Source: an uncultured delta proteobacterium (GTDB lineage: Bacteria > Myxococcota_A > Polyangia > Palsa-1104). Taken from it: 64,000 nucleotides of DNA. This document shows, piece after piece, positions 1 to 10,584 of the stretch. The DNA lies in NCBI GenBank assembly GCA_963785725.1, contig CAWAWS010000005.1:96001-160000 (forward strand), written 5' to 3'. The number at the start of each line of letters is the position of its first letter. Position 1 is the first letter of the stretch. The translations under genes and the position numbers were made by a program. The notes below the pieces were generated by a model. That model ran no database searches. It was not told where the DNA came from and saw only the letters and a list, made by a program, of their open reading frames with translations.

Positions 1-585
1 GCGCCGCTGGCACCCGCACTGAATCGAGGAGCGCCGAGACGCTCGACGGACAGGGGCCGACCGGTTGTGCCCACACATCGCGCGGGACCAGGAGCACGAC
101 GGGACCAGGCCGGCCACTCAGCGCCGCCGTCACCGCCTGCTCGAGGCACGGCCAAAACTGCTCGGGCCGATCGATGCGCGCCACGTGTTTGGTCAACGCG
201 CGAAACAGGCCCACGGCGTCGACGGTGCGGCCGATGCCGGAGCCGTCTTGGAAGCCGCCCCGCCCTTCCAGGGTCGTCGGCATCTGCCCGACGATGGCCA
301 GTACGGGGACGCGCTCGGCGTGTGATTCGGCCAGCCCCACGGCGAGGTTCATCATCCCTCCCCCCGAAGTGGCGCAGCAGATCCCCAGAGTACGATTCGT
401 TCGTGCGCGCGCGTCGGCCATGAACGCCGCTCCCACTTCGGAGCGGGCGAGGACCGAGTGCACCCGCCCCTCCGACCGGACGATGGCGTCGTGGAGATGC
501 TCGATGTTGGCGCCGCTGACACCAAAGACGTAGCGAGTGTCCCAAACGCCGAGGGTCGCCACACGAGCGCATCGACCAGCTTCAT
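1..585 (-). CDS. Thiamine-diphosphate-dependent enzyme (acetolactate synthase/NzsH-like), N-terminal part; runs off the window edge
   Basis: Not in the ORF track. Manual minus-strand translation gives MKLVDALV/ATLGVWDTRYVFGVSGANIEHLHDAI...ARSEVGAAFMADARAR...CCATSGGGMMNLAVGLAESHAERVPVLAIVGQ...GGFQD...GRPGPVVLLVPRD, a TPP_enzyme_N pattern. Apparent frameshift near 565. Confidence 0.85.
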
Positions 586-1610
586 GCGCGCCCGCCGTGG
601 CTCCGAATCGCCGCGGCCGGCATAGTCGCCGGCGTGCGAAAAGCCGCCGAGCGCCACGCGCGACGCCGCTGCACGATGCGCCCCGCTTTCCACGGCGCGT
701 TCGATGGCAGACGGGAATGGCCGCGCCGAAGAGGTTCCCGTACTCCTCGAACGTCTCGATCGTGCTTCTCTTCCGGGAGCTCCAACGCTTCACGCCAATT
801 TCGCAGGAAGAACGGCGTTCGGCTGGTTGGTGATGAGCGCGTCGATCTGCTCGGGTCGAGATCTCCGCCGCCGTGCACGCCTCCCGAATCGATCCTCGGG
901 GACGAGCGCGTTGCCGCGCATCGATCACGCTGCGCCATGCTGCGATCTCGGTGAAGTCGATGTAGCAGCGGCGTCTGCCGCGGCTCCCAGCACGCTCGCT
1001 CGTCGTCGCAGGTCTACGCGCATGTCGTCGGCGAACTCGGCGTAAGAGCGCTGTCACGACGCTGACAAGATGGGCGACGAGTCGTTGGCCACGAGTAGCC
1101 CCACGCCGCAGCCGTCTCCCGGAACGGAGGACTGCGGGCGAACACGATTCTCGGCGTGCCGGAACACTCGCCCGGCCGCGTTCTGCACGTAGCACGATGA
1201 GCGCCGATCTGCGCGCCCGTGCTCTGCATGAGCGCCGCGCCACCGACATCATGAACACGAAAGACACGCAGCCGCTATTGTGCAAGTCGAAGATCTGACG
1301 TCGGCTGGCAGCCGAGAATCTTGCGTCAGCGACGCCCCGCGCCGGTAAACGGGGAGTCGGGGAGGCTCACGTTGGTGAGAATGAGGTCGACGTCTTTGCG
1401 CGGATCGAGGTTGAGCCGATCGAACAGCTTGCGCGTCGCCCGCTCGATCATGTCGACCGCGGTCTCGCCGTCGGCCACGTGATGACGCAGCCGCGCGCCC
1501 TTGAACATCGCCGGGCGCGGCGCGTCGGGATCGCCGAAGAAGTCGTTGTCGACGACCTTCTCCGGCAGGTAGCTGGCGACGCCGGCGAGGCTGACCGTCG
1601 TGGTCGCCAT
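582..1610 (-). pseudogene. 3-oxoacyl-ACP synthase III (FabH/NzsJ-like), multiply frameshifted (possibly sequence error)
   Basis: N-terminus MATTTVSLAGVASYLPEKVVDN...HHVADGETAVDM. Fragments in other frames: IFDLHNSGCVSF (catalytic Cys), PGDGCGVG, ITNQPN, FFLRNWREALELPEEKH, FEEYGNLFGAAIP, GGFSHAGDYA. ATG overlaps the upstream TGA. Confidence 0.8.
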
Positions 1611-2251
1611 CAGCCGGCCACGCGGCGCGGGTTGAGCGGGAGCCCGTTCTTGTAGCGGTGCTCGAGGATGTGCTTCAGGTTCTGCATCTCGACCCAGTGG
1701 CCGGCGTAGAAGAAGGGCCACAGATCGCCGACCCAGATCTTGCGATCGGCCGGCGCCTTTTCGGGGAACGGATTGCCGTCGTAGAAGGGATGGCGGCAGT
1801 TGGTCCACAGCACGACGGAGCCCGGCTTGTTCAGCACGAGCGGCGCCGGAATCACGCGCATGAGGTAGATCATCCAGAGCTTCTCCGGCTGATCCCACGC
1901 GCAGTGGAAATCGACGGTGAGCGCGTCGGCGTTGGCGACGCACTTCGTGTAGATGTGCGTGGCCCCGCCGATCTTGTCGGTCGAGCGGACGCGGCCTTCG
2001 GCGTCCATGTCCTCGAAGTCGCGCATGCTGAAGGTCCACTCGGCGAGCGTGTAGACGTCGGCGAGGTAGGCGAAGACCTCCTCGGGCGGGCATTCGATGT
2101 GCTCCTCGAGCGTGCAGTAGCGACCGTAGACCTCCTCGTGCGGGTAGACCGCGTGCGTGAGCTCCATGGCAAAGCTGGTCATCTCGTCTTTGCTGAAGTT
2201 CTCGATGCGGCGGACGTTCGCGAGCCCGTTCAGTGTCTCGTCCATTTTCAT
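1610..2251 (-). CDS. SRPBCC/START-fold cyclase, NzsI/CqsB2-like (putative carbazole synthase)
   Basis: MKMDETL... with GGGAG RBS. Motifs IECPPEEVFAYLAD..LAEWT, VDFHCAWDQ, WTNCRHPFY, FYAGHWVEMQNLK. Adjacent to KASIII and ThDP enzyme genes. Confidence 0.75.
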   Translation of the reverse strand: MKMDETLNGLANVRRIENFSKDEMTSFAMELTHAVYPHEEVYGRYCTLEEHIECPPEEVFAYLADVYTLAEWTFSMRDFEDMDAEGRVRSTDKIGGATHIYTKCVANADALTVDFHCAWDQPEKLWMIYLMRVIPAPLVLNKPGSVVLWTNCRHPFYDGNPFPEKAPADRKIWVGDLWPFFYAGHWVEMQNLKHILEHRYKNGLPLNPRRVAG

Positions 2252-2299
2252 CTCACTCCCACTTTGGCGCAGCGCGGCAATGCCATAGCAAGAGCGCTC

Positions 2300-2328
2300 G
2301 ATTGAATGCAATTAAATTGTTCTCAATC
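2300..2328. promoter_or_regulatory. AT-rich interrupted palindrome, candidate operator
   Basis: GATTGA-ATG-CAATT-A-AATTG-TTC-TCAATC, 11 of 14 positions symmetric, about 50 bp upstream of the cyclase start. Confidence 0.45.
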
Positions 2329-2821
2329 TATTGGCGAATCACGAAATCTTCACAAAGCAGACCCGAGAGAAAATGATTTCACGGGTGCACATTCCAGTGA
2401 GCAGTGGCGACGCCGGCGCGCGCTCGTGCAACGCGAAGGCCAAGCAGATTGCAGCAAGAAACGCGCGGGAATGTCCGCGCTTGGCGTCGAGCCGCGGCTC
2501 ATCGTCACGGCTCTGCCGACGATTCACTGCGTGACACAGGCTGCGATGAGCTGCGCACGCTTTGAACAGTGCGCAACGATTGCGCCACGCGCGATCGCGG
2601 CGGCGCAAGACGACCTGGCTTCAAGTGGCGCTCGCGAGCATGCAGCGCGCGCCAACGGGTGCGCCGCTGTCGCCGGCGTGATTCTCGACGGCGCCGCCGA
2701 CGGACCTACTGCGGCAGCGACGGGCCGCAGCTTGGGCGGAAAGCCCCGCGGCAGCTCACCGCGCTCGTCGAGCCAGCCGAAGCGTCGCGCTCAGCGCCAC
2801 TGGGACGCCGAGCGCGGCTCG

Positions 2822-3319
2822 TCAATTCCCCGCGCCCGCGTCGCCGGCGGCCGACGGACAGAGCTGCGTGTATTTCGGGCTGCACGACGGCAACGCGAAG
2901 GACGCCGGCCCGCCGACGCAGGAGAACGAGCGCTGAAAGCTCAGCTCGTAGACGGCGACGAGCTGCCCCGTAGCCGAGTCGTAGATGTAGTTGGTGCTGA
3001 CGTCGGCGTTGGTCTGTACGACGTTGACGTAGCTGCCGCAGGTCTGTTCCGACAACCCCGCTGCGCCGGCACACCAGCCCGGCCAGCTCGACGGCTGCTC
3101 GGCCTGCTTCAGCGTCGCGACACACTGCCCCCAAGACGCTTCGGGATGGGCACACCAGCTCGCCAACGACTGAGGGCAGCCGGCGAGATCGGCCGAGACG
3201 GCGAGATCGGCGACGCCGGAGAGGTCGGTCTTCGTCCCGACGTCGCTCAGATCGGGTGTCGTCGAGGTCGCACCGCACGCGCCAATCAGAAAGAGCATCG
3301 GGACCAACATGCTGCGCAT
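2822..3319 (-). CDS. Cys-rich hypothetical lipoprotein
   Basis: MRSMLVPMLFLIGAC lipobox, DL-rich linker, about 8 Cys in the mature part. Confidence 0.65.
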   Translation of the reverse strand: MRSMLVPMLFLIGACGATSTTPDLSDVGTKTDLSGVADLAVSADLAGCPQSLASWCAHPEASWGQCVATLKQAEQPSSWPGWCAGAAGLSEQTCGSYVNVVQTNADVSTNYIYDSATGQLVAVYELSFQRSFSCVGGPASFALPSCSPKYTQLCPSAAGDAGAGN

Positions 3320-3395
3320 TTGACGAACTGTGCCGGCTTTTCGGCGTCGTCGCAATGACGCGGCTCACCGCGATCTCGGGGGCGAGCGACGAATG

Positions 3396-4721
3396 TCAGG
3401 GGTCCCAGGAAAGACCGAGCTCGACAAAGCCGCTCGAGCGCGACTTGAGCAACACGAAGTCGGGATAGGCGTAATAGAGATAATTGACTGCGATATCGAG
3501 GAGGATGCGCGTATCGCCGGGATAACGTGCCTGCCGGAGCACACGCGCCGCGCCGAAGTTGACGATATGTCCGAGCTCGCGACTCAGCTCTTTGTCGGAC
3601 GTGTAGTACGTATATCGATCGGGCGATAATAGATATTTCGAATGATAAAAGTCGGCGCCCGACTGTGCATAAAAACGATAGCCCAGTCGCACGCGCCATC
3701 CCGACGTGACCGCGCGCATCTCGGCGGCGGCCGCCAGGCTTTCGACACCCCAGTTGTCGATGCCGAGCCGGGCTTCGCCATGCAACGCCAATCCCTGCGT
3801 CAGCGAATGCACCCACTCGGCCACGGCCGCGTGGCGCACGCGCAGATTGGGCACCGTCTCGGGCAGCCCGTCCGCCGAGCCGATCGTGTTGGCGAACACG
3901 ATGCGCTGGTTCTCGCCGGTGCTCGTCGTCCAGTCGCCGAAGCGAACGTTGCGATAAGGCGAGCCTTGATAGCCGATCGCTGCCGCACCGTCGTAGCGCA
4001 GGCGCAGCGCGTCGTTGGGCGTGAGCACTTGGGCCAGTCCGGCGGTCCATCCGACTTCGCTCATCCGGCGCGCGAAGGTGCTGTCGAGGACGCTGCTAAT
4101 CCAATTGGCGGTGAACGTGAATCCGGCGAGCAACGTCATCGAGCGCTCCACTGCGTCGATCGATCCGTTGAGACCGCCGCTGACGCTGTTGTAGTCGCGC
4201 TCGTTGGCATACGCGGCCGACAGGTTGAAGGTGTGACCGCGACTGTCGTTCCAGCCCGAGCCCAGCGTTGCCGACAATCGGCGATCGGACATCTTGCCGC
4301 CCGACGTCGAGGTCGTCCCCGACGCGCTCGTCACCACGTCGACCTGGCTCAGCCCGGGCGAAGAGCGCACGTCGACCGAGGCGCTCGATACGACATCGAC
4401 GTCGGCGCTGCCGCTGATGGTCCAGCGTCCCACGCCGCCCGTCATCGCGGCCAGCGCGCGGAAGACGATGGTCTCGTCGCTGTCCGCGTAGAGCCCGAGC
4501 CGGCCGGCACCCGTCACCGGCGTCTTGGCCGGCGCCTCGCGACTGACCGCAGTGTCATCGACCTTGGCCGGCACGGGGCTCGACGGCGACGCCGGCTCGC
4601 GCGCGTCAGCGGCCGTCGCCGCCGCCGGGGCGCTCGGCGGACCGGCGGGCACACCTGATTCCTGCGCGCTCACCGAGGACGCCGCGACACACAAGGCGGC
4701 CACGAAGAGAGCGCGGGTCAA
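3396..4721 (-). CDS. DUF3570-family outer-membrane beta-barrel protein (copy 1)
   Basis: Signal peptide, YADSD, DVVSSAS-VD, ERDYNS, GYQGSPYR, YYTSDKELS, C-terminal LGLSWDP. Start (TTG) overlaps the DUF4266 stop; the ORF-track start at 4970 is too far upstream. Confidence 0.8.
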   Translation of the reverse strand: MTRALFVAALCVAASSVSAQESGVPAGPPSAPAAATAADAREPASPSSPVPAKVDDTAVSREAPAKTPVTGAGRLGLYADSDETIVFRALAAMTGGVGRWTISGSADVDVVSSASVDVRSSPGLSQVDVVTSASGTTSTSGGKMSDRRLSATLGSGWNDSRGHTFNLSAAYANERDYNSVSGGLNGSIDAVERSMTLLAGFTFTANWISSVLDSTFARRMSEVGWTAGLAQVLTPNDALRLRYDGAAAIGYQGSPYRNVRFGDWTTSTGENQRIVFANTIGSADGLPETVPNLRVRHAAVAEWVHSLTQGLALHGEARLGIDNWGVESLAAAAEMRAVTSGWRVRLGYRFYAQSGADFYHSKYLLSPDRYTYYTSDKELSRELGHIVNFGAARVLRQARYPGDTRILLDIAVNYLYYAYPDFVLLKSRSSGFVELGLSWDP

Positions 4722-4930
4722 TGACAACCACAGCCGGCACCGGCGCTGCCCGGACCGGCGCTGGAGAAGGTCCCTCCCTCCGTGATGTCGAGGACGGAGT
4801 CGCGCTGGGCTTCGGAAAGCGGCGCCATTTGGAACTGCATCGCCGGGCTGGCCAGTCGTTCGCGTTGCCAGGGATGGACCCGCGCGCAGCCGGAGAGCGA
4901 AAGCCAACAGACGGCTGCCAATCCCCACAC
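4718..4930 (-). CDS. DUF4266-family small lipoprotein (copy 1); start uncertain
   Basis: LSGC-ARVHPWQRERLA...EGG...GSAGAGCGCH, homologous to the two other copies in the window. Confidence 0.8.
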   Translation of the reverse strand: MWGLAAVCWLSLSGCARVHPWQRERLASPAMQFQMAPLSEAQRDSVLDITEGGTFSSAGPGSAGAGCGCH

Positions 4931-5410
4931 ACGGCGCTGATGACGAGTCAGTGGGTTCCGCGTACGCCAAGGAAACGAGCTATTCAATCGAGGACCTCGA
5001 TCGTTAGTGCCGCGAAGCTTGCCTTTGAGACAAACGACGTTGCTTTTTGCAGCTAGAGACAAAGATGAGTGCCCAGGCGCACATTCAGCGACCGATGCCG
5101 ACGACCGCTTTGACGATTCCGGGATCACCGTTGCTCTCCTCCTAACGGAGTTGCGTGAGGGTCACGCCGCAGGCTGGGCGACTGGCCGGTTCCACCAAGC
5201 AAGCTCGGAGCCAAAACGCGCGGCGGCTTGGTGGTCAATCGCGGCCCACATCGCGGCACGCCTGCCGGCGAGCGTCGAGCGTGACTGGCCGCACGCGCCG
5301 AGGTGCGCACGAATCGGACAGTGCGCGGACGGCGGTCGCGACCGTTCGCAAAACACGCGGCTGCCGCTTGAATCCGCGGCCGAACCTGCGCATCGTGGAG
5401 GCTATCAAAA

Positions 5411-6031
5411 ATGCTTAAGCCTATCGTTGCCACGCTCGTCCTCCTCATCGCGACGTCGCCGCTCTTCGCCGAAGGCCCGCAAGACGCCAAGGCGCATTAC
5501 GAGCACGGCGTTTCGCTGTATGCGCTCGGCGACTACGCGGGCGCCGCCGATGAATACGAGAAGGCCTTCGCGCTCAAGTCCGATCCGGCGCTGCTCTACG
5601 ACGCCGCTCAGGCCCACCGACGCGCCGGCCACAACGCGCGTGCGCTCGCCCTTTACGAGAACTATCTCGCGCTCTTCGGCGATCAGGTGCCCAACCGCAA
5701 AGAGGTGCAGCGCAAGATCGAGGAGCTGCACGTCGCCGTCGAGGCCGAGCGCAAGGTGCAGACCTCGCCGCCGATGGAGCCGGTGCCGATGCAAGAGCAT
5801 GCGCCGGTGGAGACGGCGCCGCCGGCGGTCGTCGCCGTGCCGCAGGATTCGCTCACGACGACGCCACCCGCACCGCCGCCACCGCGGAGCCGCCGGCTGA
5901 CTTGGCTGCTCGTCGGCGCCGGCGCGGTCGTCGTCGTCGGTGTGGGGCTGGGTGTCGGGCTCGGCATCGGCCTCTCGAAGACCGTCGCGCCTTCGCCGTC
6001 TTTCGGCGCCGTCCCGGTGACCGCGAAATGA
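5411..6031 (+). CDS. TPR-repeat protein with C-terminal membrane segment
   Basis: Signal peptide, AKAHYEHG..LYALGDY..AA.EYEKA TPR pattern, Pro-rich linker, hydrophobic C-terminal helix. Confidence 0.8.
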   Translation: MLKPIVATLVLLIATSPLFAEGPQDAKAHYEHGVSLYALGDYAGAADEYEKAFALKSDPALLYDAAQAHRRAGHNARALALYENYLALFGDQVPNRKEVQRKIEELHVAVEAERKVQTSPPMEPVPMQEHAPVETAPPAVVAVPQDSLTTTPPAPPPPRSRRLTWLLVGAGAVVVVGVGLGVGLGIGLSKTVAPSPSFGAVPVTAK

Positions 6032-8574
6032 CGCGCGCGATCGCATGGCCCCTCGTGTGCGCGGTCCTGACGCTGGCGGCCGGCTGCACCAAGACCGCCG
6101 CCTGCAAAGCGGGCACGCTGCTCGTCACGGTCGATCTCGACGCGACCGCGAGCGCGGCCGATAGCCTGCACGTCACCGTCGCCGTGACCGGCGGCCAGAC
6201 GTTCACGGGTGTGGCCGCGCACGCCTCGTCGGCAGCAGCGGGAACACTGGAGGTCGACTTCCCCACGGGCGCCTACAGCGCCGGCAAACCGGCGACGGTC
6301 ACCATCGCTGCGTTTCGCGCCGGCGCGATGCTGGGCAGCGGCGCCGCGTCGCTGTCGCAGCTGGCGGCGTCCTGCAGCACCGTCGCGGTCACGGTGCGCT
6401 CGATGCTCGGCGATATGGGCGCCGGCGACCTGGCCGGGAGCGACATGACGCCGCCGGCCAAGGTCTTCTCGCTGCGAGCAGCGGTCGACTATGCCGACGG
6501 CCCGTCGACCGGTGTGCCCTACTCCGCGGCGATCGGCGATCTGAATGGCGACGGCAAGAACGACATCGCGGTCACCAACGACGCCGCCGGCGTGGCTATT
6601 TTGCTCAACAACGGCGACGGAACCTTCGGCGCGCCGGTGCTCTATCAAGCCAACCAGCATCCGCAGTCCGTCGCGCTCGGCGACGTCAACGGCGACGGCA
6701 CGATCGATGTCGTGGTCGCCGACTCGCAGTCCAACGACGTCACGGTCTTCTTCAACAACGGCAGCGGCGTCATCACCCAAGCCGGCCTGTATCAGGTGGG
6801 CACCGATCCGGGTGGCAGCGGCGCCAACGCGATCGCCCTCGCCGACTTCAACGGCGACAGCAAGCTCGACCTCGCCGTCGCCGCGGCCAACGGCGCCAAC
6901 GTCTTCCTGAACCAGGGCAACGGCACCTTCCCGACGACCGCCACGGTCTATGCCGCCGGCATGCGCCCGGCCGGCATCGGCAGCGCCGATCTCAACGGCG
7001 ACGGCAAACACGATCTCGTCGTCGCCAACAGCGGCAGCGCCAACGTCAGCGTGCTCCTCAACAACGGCAGCGGCGTCTTTGCTGCTGCCGTCAATTACAC
7101 CGTCGGAAGCTACCCCGTGAACGTGGACCTCGGCGACGTGACCGGCGACGGCAAGCCCGACATCGCCGTCGCCTGCACCGAAGGCATGGGCGGCGTCACG
7201 GTGCTGGTGAACAAGGGAGATGCCAGCGGCACGTTCCCGACCTCGTTTGCGGTCGACGCCAACGAGCCGGGGCCGACCGGCGTGGCCATCGGCGACATCG
7301 ACGGCGACCAGAAGAACGACATCGTGCTGGCGAACAACAATGACGGCCTCATCTACGTCCTGCACAACATGGGCGGTAACGCGTTCGCTGCACCGCAGCG
7401 GTGGGCCGCCGGTGCCTTCGCCTATGACGTGCACCTCGGCGATCTCGGCAACGGTCACCTCGACATCGTCGCCACGAACGGCGGCAGCGGCGATACGACG
7501 GTCATCCTCAACGACGGCGCGGGCAACTTGGTCGCCGGCGCCAACTACGTCTCGGGCATCGGCTCGATCGCCGTCGTCGTCGCCGACGTCAACACCGACG
7601 GCAAGGACGACCTCTTGCTCGCCAACAACGGCAGCGGCGCCGGCGTCATGCTCGGCAAAGGCGACGGCACGTTCCAGCCGTTCGTGTCTTACACCGCCGG
7701 CACCAGCCCCGTCGGCATCGTCAGCGGCGACTTCGACGGAGACGGCTGGATCGACCTGGCGCTGGCCAACGCCGGCACGACCACGGTCGCGGGCAGTCTC
7801 ACGGTCCTTACGAACAAGAAGGACGGCACGTTCAATGCGGCGGTGCCTTACACGGCGGGCACGACGCCGTCGGGCCTGGCGGTCGGCGACCTCTCCGGCG
7901 ACGGCAAGCTCGACCTCGTCGTGGCCAACGGCGGGAGCAACAACATCAGCGTTTTCGTGAACACCGGCACGGGCGCATTCGCGGCGCCGGCGACCTACGC
8001 CGCGGGAGCCAAGCCCTCGGCCGTCGCGGTTGGCGACGTGAACGGCGACCACGCCAAGGACGTCGTCATCGCCAACAGCGGCAGCGGCAACGTCACGGTC
8101 TACCTCAACGACGGCACGGGTAAGCTCACGACGCCGACGACGTTCATGGCCGGCATGGCGCCGGCGTCGGTGCTGCTCGTCGACCTGGACGGCGACGGCG
8201 CGCTCGACATCGTCGTGCGCGACGGCGGGCTCGCCAACGTCGACGTGCTCAAGGGCAATGGCAACGGCACGTTCGCGGCGCCCGTTCCTTATCCCGTCGA
8301 TTCCGGGTTTGCGACGGCGATGGTGGCCGCGGCCGACCTCGACGGCGATGGCCAGCTCGATCTCGTCGCCACGGACGCGAGCGAACAGGTCAGCGTGCTG
8401 CTCGGCAAAGGCGGCGCCACGTTTGCGCCGCGCATCGTCTACGCCGGCGGTGAAGACCCGACCGGCATCGCCATCGCCGACTTCGACAAAGACGGTCGCC
8501 CGGACGTGGTCGTGACCGACACCGCGGCCAATCTCAACGGCGGCGTCACGGTTCTATTGAACACCACGCACTGA
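6028..8574 (+). CDS. FG-GAP/VCBS-repeat (integrin-alpha-like beta-propeller) lipoprotein
   Basis: LAAGC lipobox and about 14 D-x-N/D-GDG-x-x-D repeats. ATGA overlap with the TPR gene. Confidence 0.9.
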   Translation: MTRAIAWPLVCAVLTLAAGCTKTAACKAGTLLVTVDLDATASAADSLHVTVAVTGGQTFTGVAAHASSAAAGTLEVDFPTGAYSAGKPATVTIAAFRAGAMLGSGAASLSQLAASCSTVAVTVRSMLGDMGAGDLAGSDMTPPAKVFSLRAAVDYADGPSTGVPYSAAIGDLNGDGKNDIAVTNDAAGVAILLNNGDGTFGAPVLYQANQHPQSVALGDVNGDGTIDVVVADSQSNDVTVFFNNGSGVITQAGLYQVGTDPGGSGANAIALADFNGDSKLDLAVAAANGANVFLNQGNGTFPTTATVYAAGMRPAGIGSADLNGDGKHDLVVANSGSANVSVLLNNGSGVFAAAVNYTVGSYPVNVDLGDVTGDGKPDIAVACTEGMGGVTVLVNKGDASGTFPTSFAVDANEPGPTGVAIGDIDGDQKNDIVLANNNDGLIYVLHNMGGNAFAAPQRWAAGAFAYDVHLGDLGNGHLDIVATNGGSGDTTVILNDGAGNLVAGANYVSGIGSIAVVVADVNTDGKDDLLLANNGSGAGVMLGKGDGTFQPFVSYTAGTSPVGIVSGDFDGDGWIDLALANAGTTTVAGSLTVLTNKKDGTFNAAVPYTAGTTPSGLAVGDLSGDGKLDLVVANGGSNNISVFVNTGTGAFAAPATYAAGAKPSAVAVGDVNGDHAKDVVIANSGSGNVTVYLNDGTGKLTTPTTFMAGMAPASVLLVDLDGDGALDIVVRDGGLANVDVLKGNGNGTFAAPVPYPVDSGFATAMVAAADLDGDGQLDLVATDASEQVSVLLGKGGATFAPRIVYAGGEDPTGIAIADFDKDGRPDVVVTDTAANLNGGVTVLLNTTH

Positions 8575-8687
8575 CAGAGGCACGCGGTCTCGGCGCGGAC
8601 GCGGGAATGAGGGCATGAGCGCGACGAACAGCGTCGTGACGGCGGTGGAGCGGCCGCGCCCAGCCCTCGCCCGCAGCGCATCGAGCT

Positions 8688-9899
8688 CTATTTACGCAGT
8701 GACCTGAAGCCCACGCGAACTTCTTCCGAGAGGAGCCGCGGCTGCTCCCATGCGGCAAAATGTCCACCTCGCGGGAGCTTATTGTAGTGGATGAGCTTCG
8801 GAAACGCCGCTTGCGCCCAACTCAGCGGCGCCTCGTAGAGCTCATTCGGAAAGACGCTCACGGCAACCGGAATGGGGACGTTCTTGACGTTGAAGAAGGC
8901 GAGCTTGTTCTCCCAATAGAGACGCCCGGCGGAGATTCCAGTGTTGGTCAACCAAAAGAGCGTGATGTTGTCGAGGATGTCGTCGCGCGTGAGATCGCCG
9001 AAGGGCTCTCCGTTCACAAAGAGGCTCGAGATCTGCCGATAGCTGACCGGATCGTGGTCAATCAGCAATGCGGCCAGAGCGACCGGCGAATCCGACAGTC
9101 CGACCATCGTCTGCGGATGCCAGCCCATGTACAAGGCGTAGCCGACTTGCTTGTAGAACGCGGCCACCTGCTCGGCCGTGCGCCGCTCCTCGTCGGAGAG
9201 ATTGGCGGGCGGCTTGCCACCGGCCCACAGCGCCGCGTCGAGCGCGGGCGGAATCACGCCCGGCATATTGCAGTGAATGCCGAGCAACTCCGGATGCCCC
9301 TGCGTCGCCATCACCTCCGTAATCACCGCGCCCCAATCGCCGCCTTGCGCCACGAAGCGCCTGTAACCGAGGCGCTGCATCAGCGCGACCCAAGCGCGCG
9401 CGATGCGTTCGGGACCCCAGCCGGTGCCGGTCGGCTTGCCGGAGAACCCATAGCCCGGCAGCGAAGGAATCACCAAATGGAACGCGTCCGCCGCGCTGCC
9501 GCCATGGGCGGTGGGATTGGTCAGCGGCTCGATGATCTTCAGCTGCTCGATGATCGAGCCGGGCCATCCGTGCGTGACGATGAGCGGCAGCGCGTTTTCA
9601 TGCTTCGAACGAACGTGAATGAAATGAATATCGAGCCCATCGATCTCGGTCATGAGCTGCGGCAATGCATTCAGCCTCGCCTCGACCTTGCGCCAGTCGT
9701 AAGCGGTCGACCAGTAGGACGCGAGCTTCTGAATCGTCGCGAGTTGCACGCCTTGTGATTGATCGGCGACCGTCTCCGCTTCGGGCCAGCGCGTGGCCTC
9801 AATGCGCGTATGCAGCTCCGCGAGCTCCGCGTCTCGGATCGCGATCGTGAACGGGCGGATCGCCGTGGTGCCAGTCAACTTCTCGGTTTTGATGGTCAT
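8688..9899 (-). CDS. Epoxide hydrolase (EHN + alpha/beta hydrolase)
   Basis: HGWPGS, PSLPGYGFS, QGGDWG, GGHFAAWEQP motifs. GAGGAG RBS. Confidence 0.92.
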   Translation of the reverse strand: MTIKTEKLTGTTAIRPFTIAIRDAELAELHTRIEATRWPEAETVADQSQGVQLATIQKLASYWSTAYDWRKVEARLNALPQLMTEIDGLDIHFIHVRSKHENALPLIVTHGWPGSIIEQLKIIEPLTNPTAHGGSAADAFHLVIPSLPGYGFSGKPTGTGWGPERIARAWVALMQRLGYRRFVAQGGDWGAVITEVMATQGHPELLGIHCNMPGVIPPALDAALWAGGKPPANLSDEERRTAEQVAAFYKQVGYALYMGWHPQTMVGLSDSPVALAALLIDHDPVSYRQISSLFVNGEPFGDLTRDDILDNITLFWLTNTGISAGRLYWENKLAFFNVKNVPIPVAVSVFPNELYEAPLSWAQAAFPKLIHYNKLPRGGHFAAWEQPRLLSEEVRVGFRSLRK

Positions 9900-10047
9900 G
9901 GTCTCCTCTGTCTCTACTTGCATTGATCGTTCGCGGCGCATCCACGTCGGATTCGCGCGCTCGCTCGATATGCAGCGACTGCATAGCCGCTGCCAGTTAA
10001 CCGTTGCTAAGGATTGCTAAGCTGTTCCGCGGTGGCGTTGTCGGTGC

Positions 10048-10584
10048 TTACGCCTCGTCGCGACCTGGCGACGGCGCCGCCTCGACCCGATCGTCTGCGC
10101 TCACGCTCGAGCGCGACGTGGCCTCTATTCGCGTGGCGGTCTGAACGCCGCGCGAGCGGCCCGCGCGTCGACGAGCGGCCGGGGCTGAAGTCGCCGTGAA
10201 GCCCGCTGCCGGCGCGTGGCGTCGGCGCGCGCTGCGGCGCGCGTCCAGTGTGCCGTGGACCGCCGGCGCGACTAAGCAGTAGCCGCGACCGGCGACATTG
10301 GAAATATAACGCGCACCATTCTCACCATCGCCGAGCGCTTTGCGCAGATGGGTGATGTGAACGCGAAGCGCGCTCTCCACGACTTGTGTATCCGGCCAGA
10401 TGGCGGAGCTGAGCGTGTCCTTACTGACGACGTTCCCCGGCTGCGCGAGCAGTGTCATCAAGAGGTCGAAAGCTCGGTCGCCGACCTTGACCGGCACGTC
10501 GTCGCGCTCCAGCAGTCTCGCGGCCGGGAACAGGCGAAAAGGGCCGAACGCTATGAACGCGGCCATAGGGTGCGGCGTCTTCAT
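10048..10584 (-). CDS. OmpR/PhoB-type winged-helix domain protein, apparently truncated
   Basis: FGPFRL, RAFDLL..L, VVSKD.L...IWP, LRVHI..LRKALGD...YI.NVAGRGY. The C-terminal tail has no recognisable domain. Confidence 0.75.
   Translation of the reverse strand: MKTPHPMAAFIAFGPFRLFPAARLLERDDVPVKVGDRAFDLLMTLLAQPGNVVSKDTLSSAIWPDTQVVESALRVHITHLRKALGDGENGARYISNVAGRGYCLVAPAVHGTLDARRSARRRHAPAAGFTATSAPAARRRAGRSRGVQTATRIEATSRSSVSADDRVEAAPSPGRDEA

Noticed and set aside
4960..5020. Sigma54 promoter for DUF4266 copy 1 (also checked for copy 3 near 25315)
   Set aside because: Candidates such as CGGCACTAACGATCGA lack the -12 GC, so none was called.
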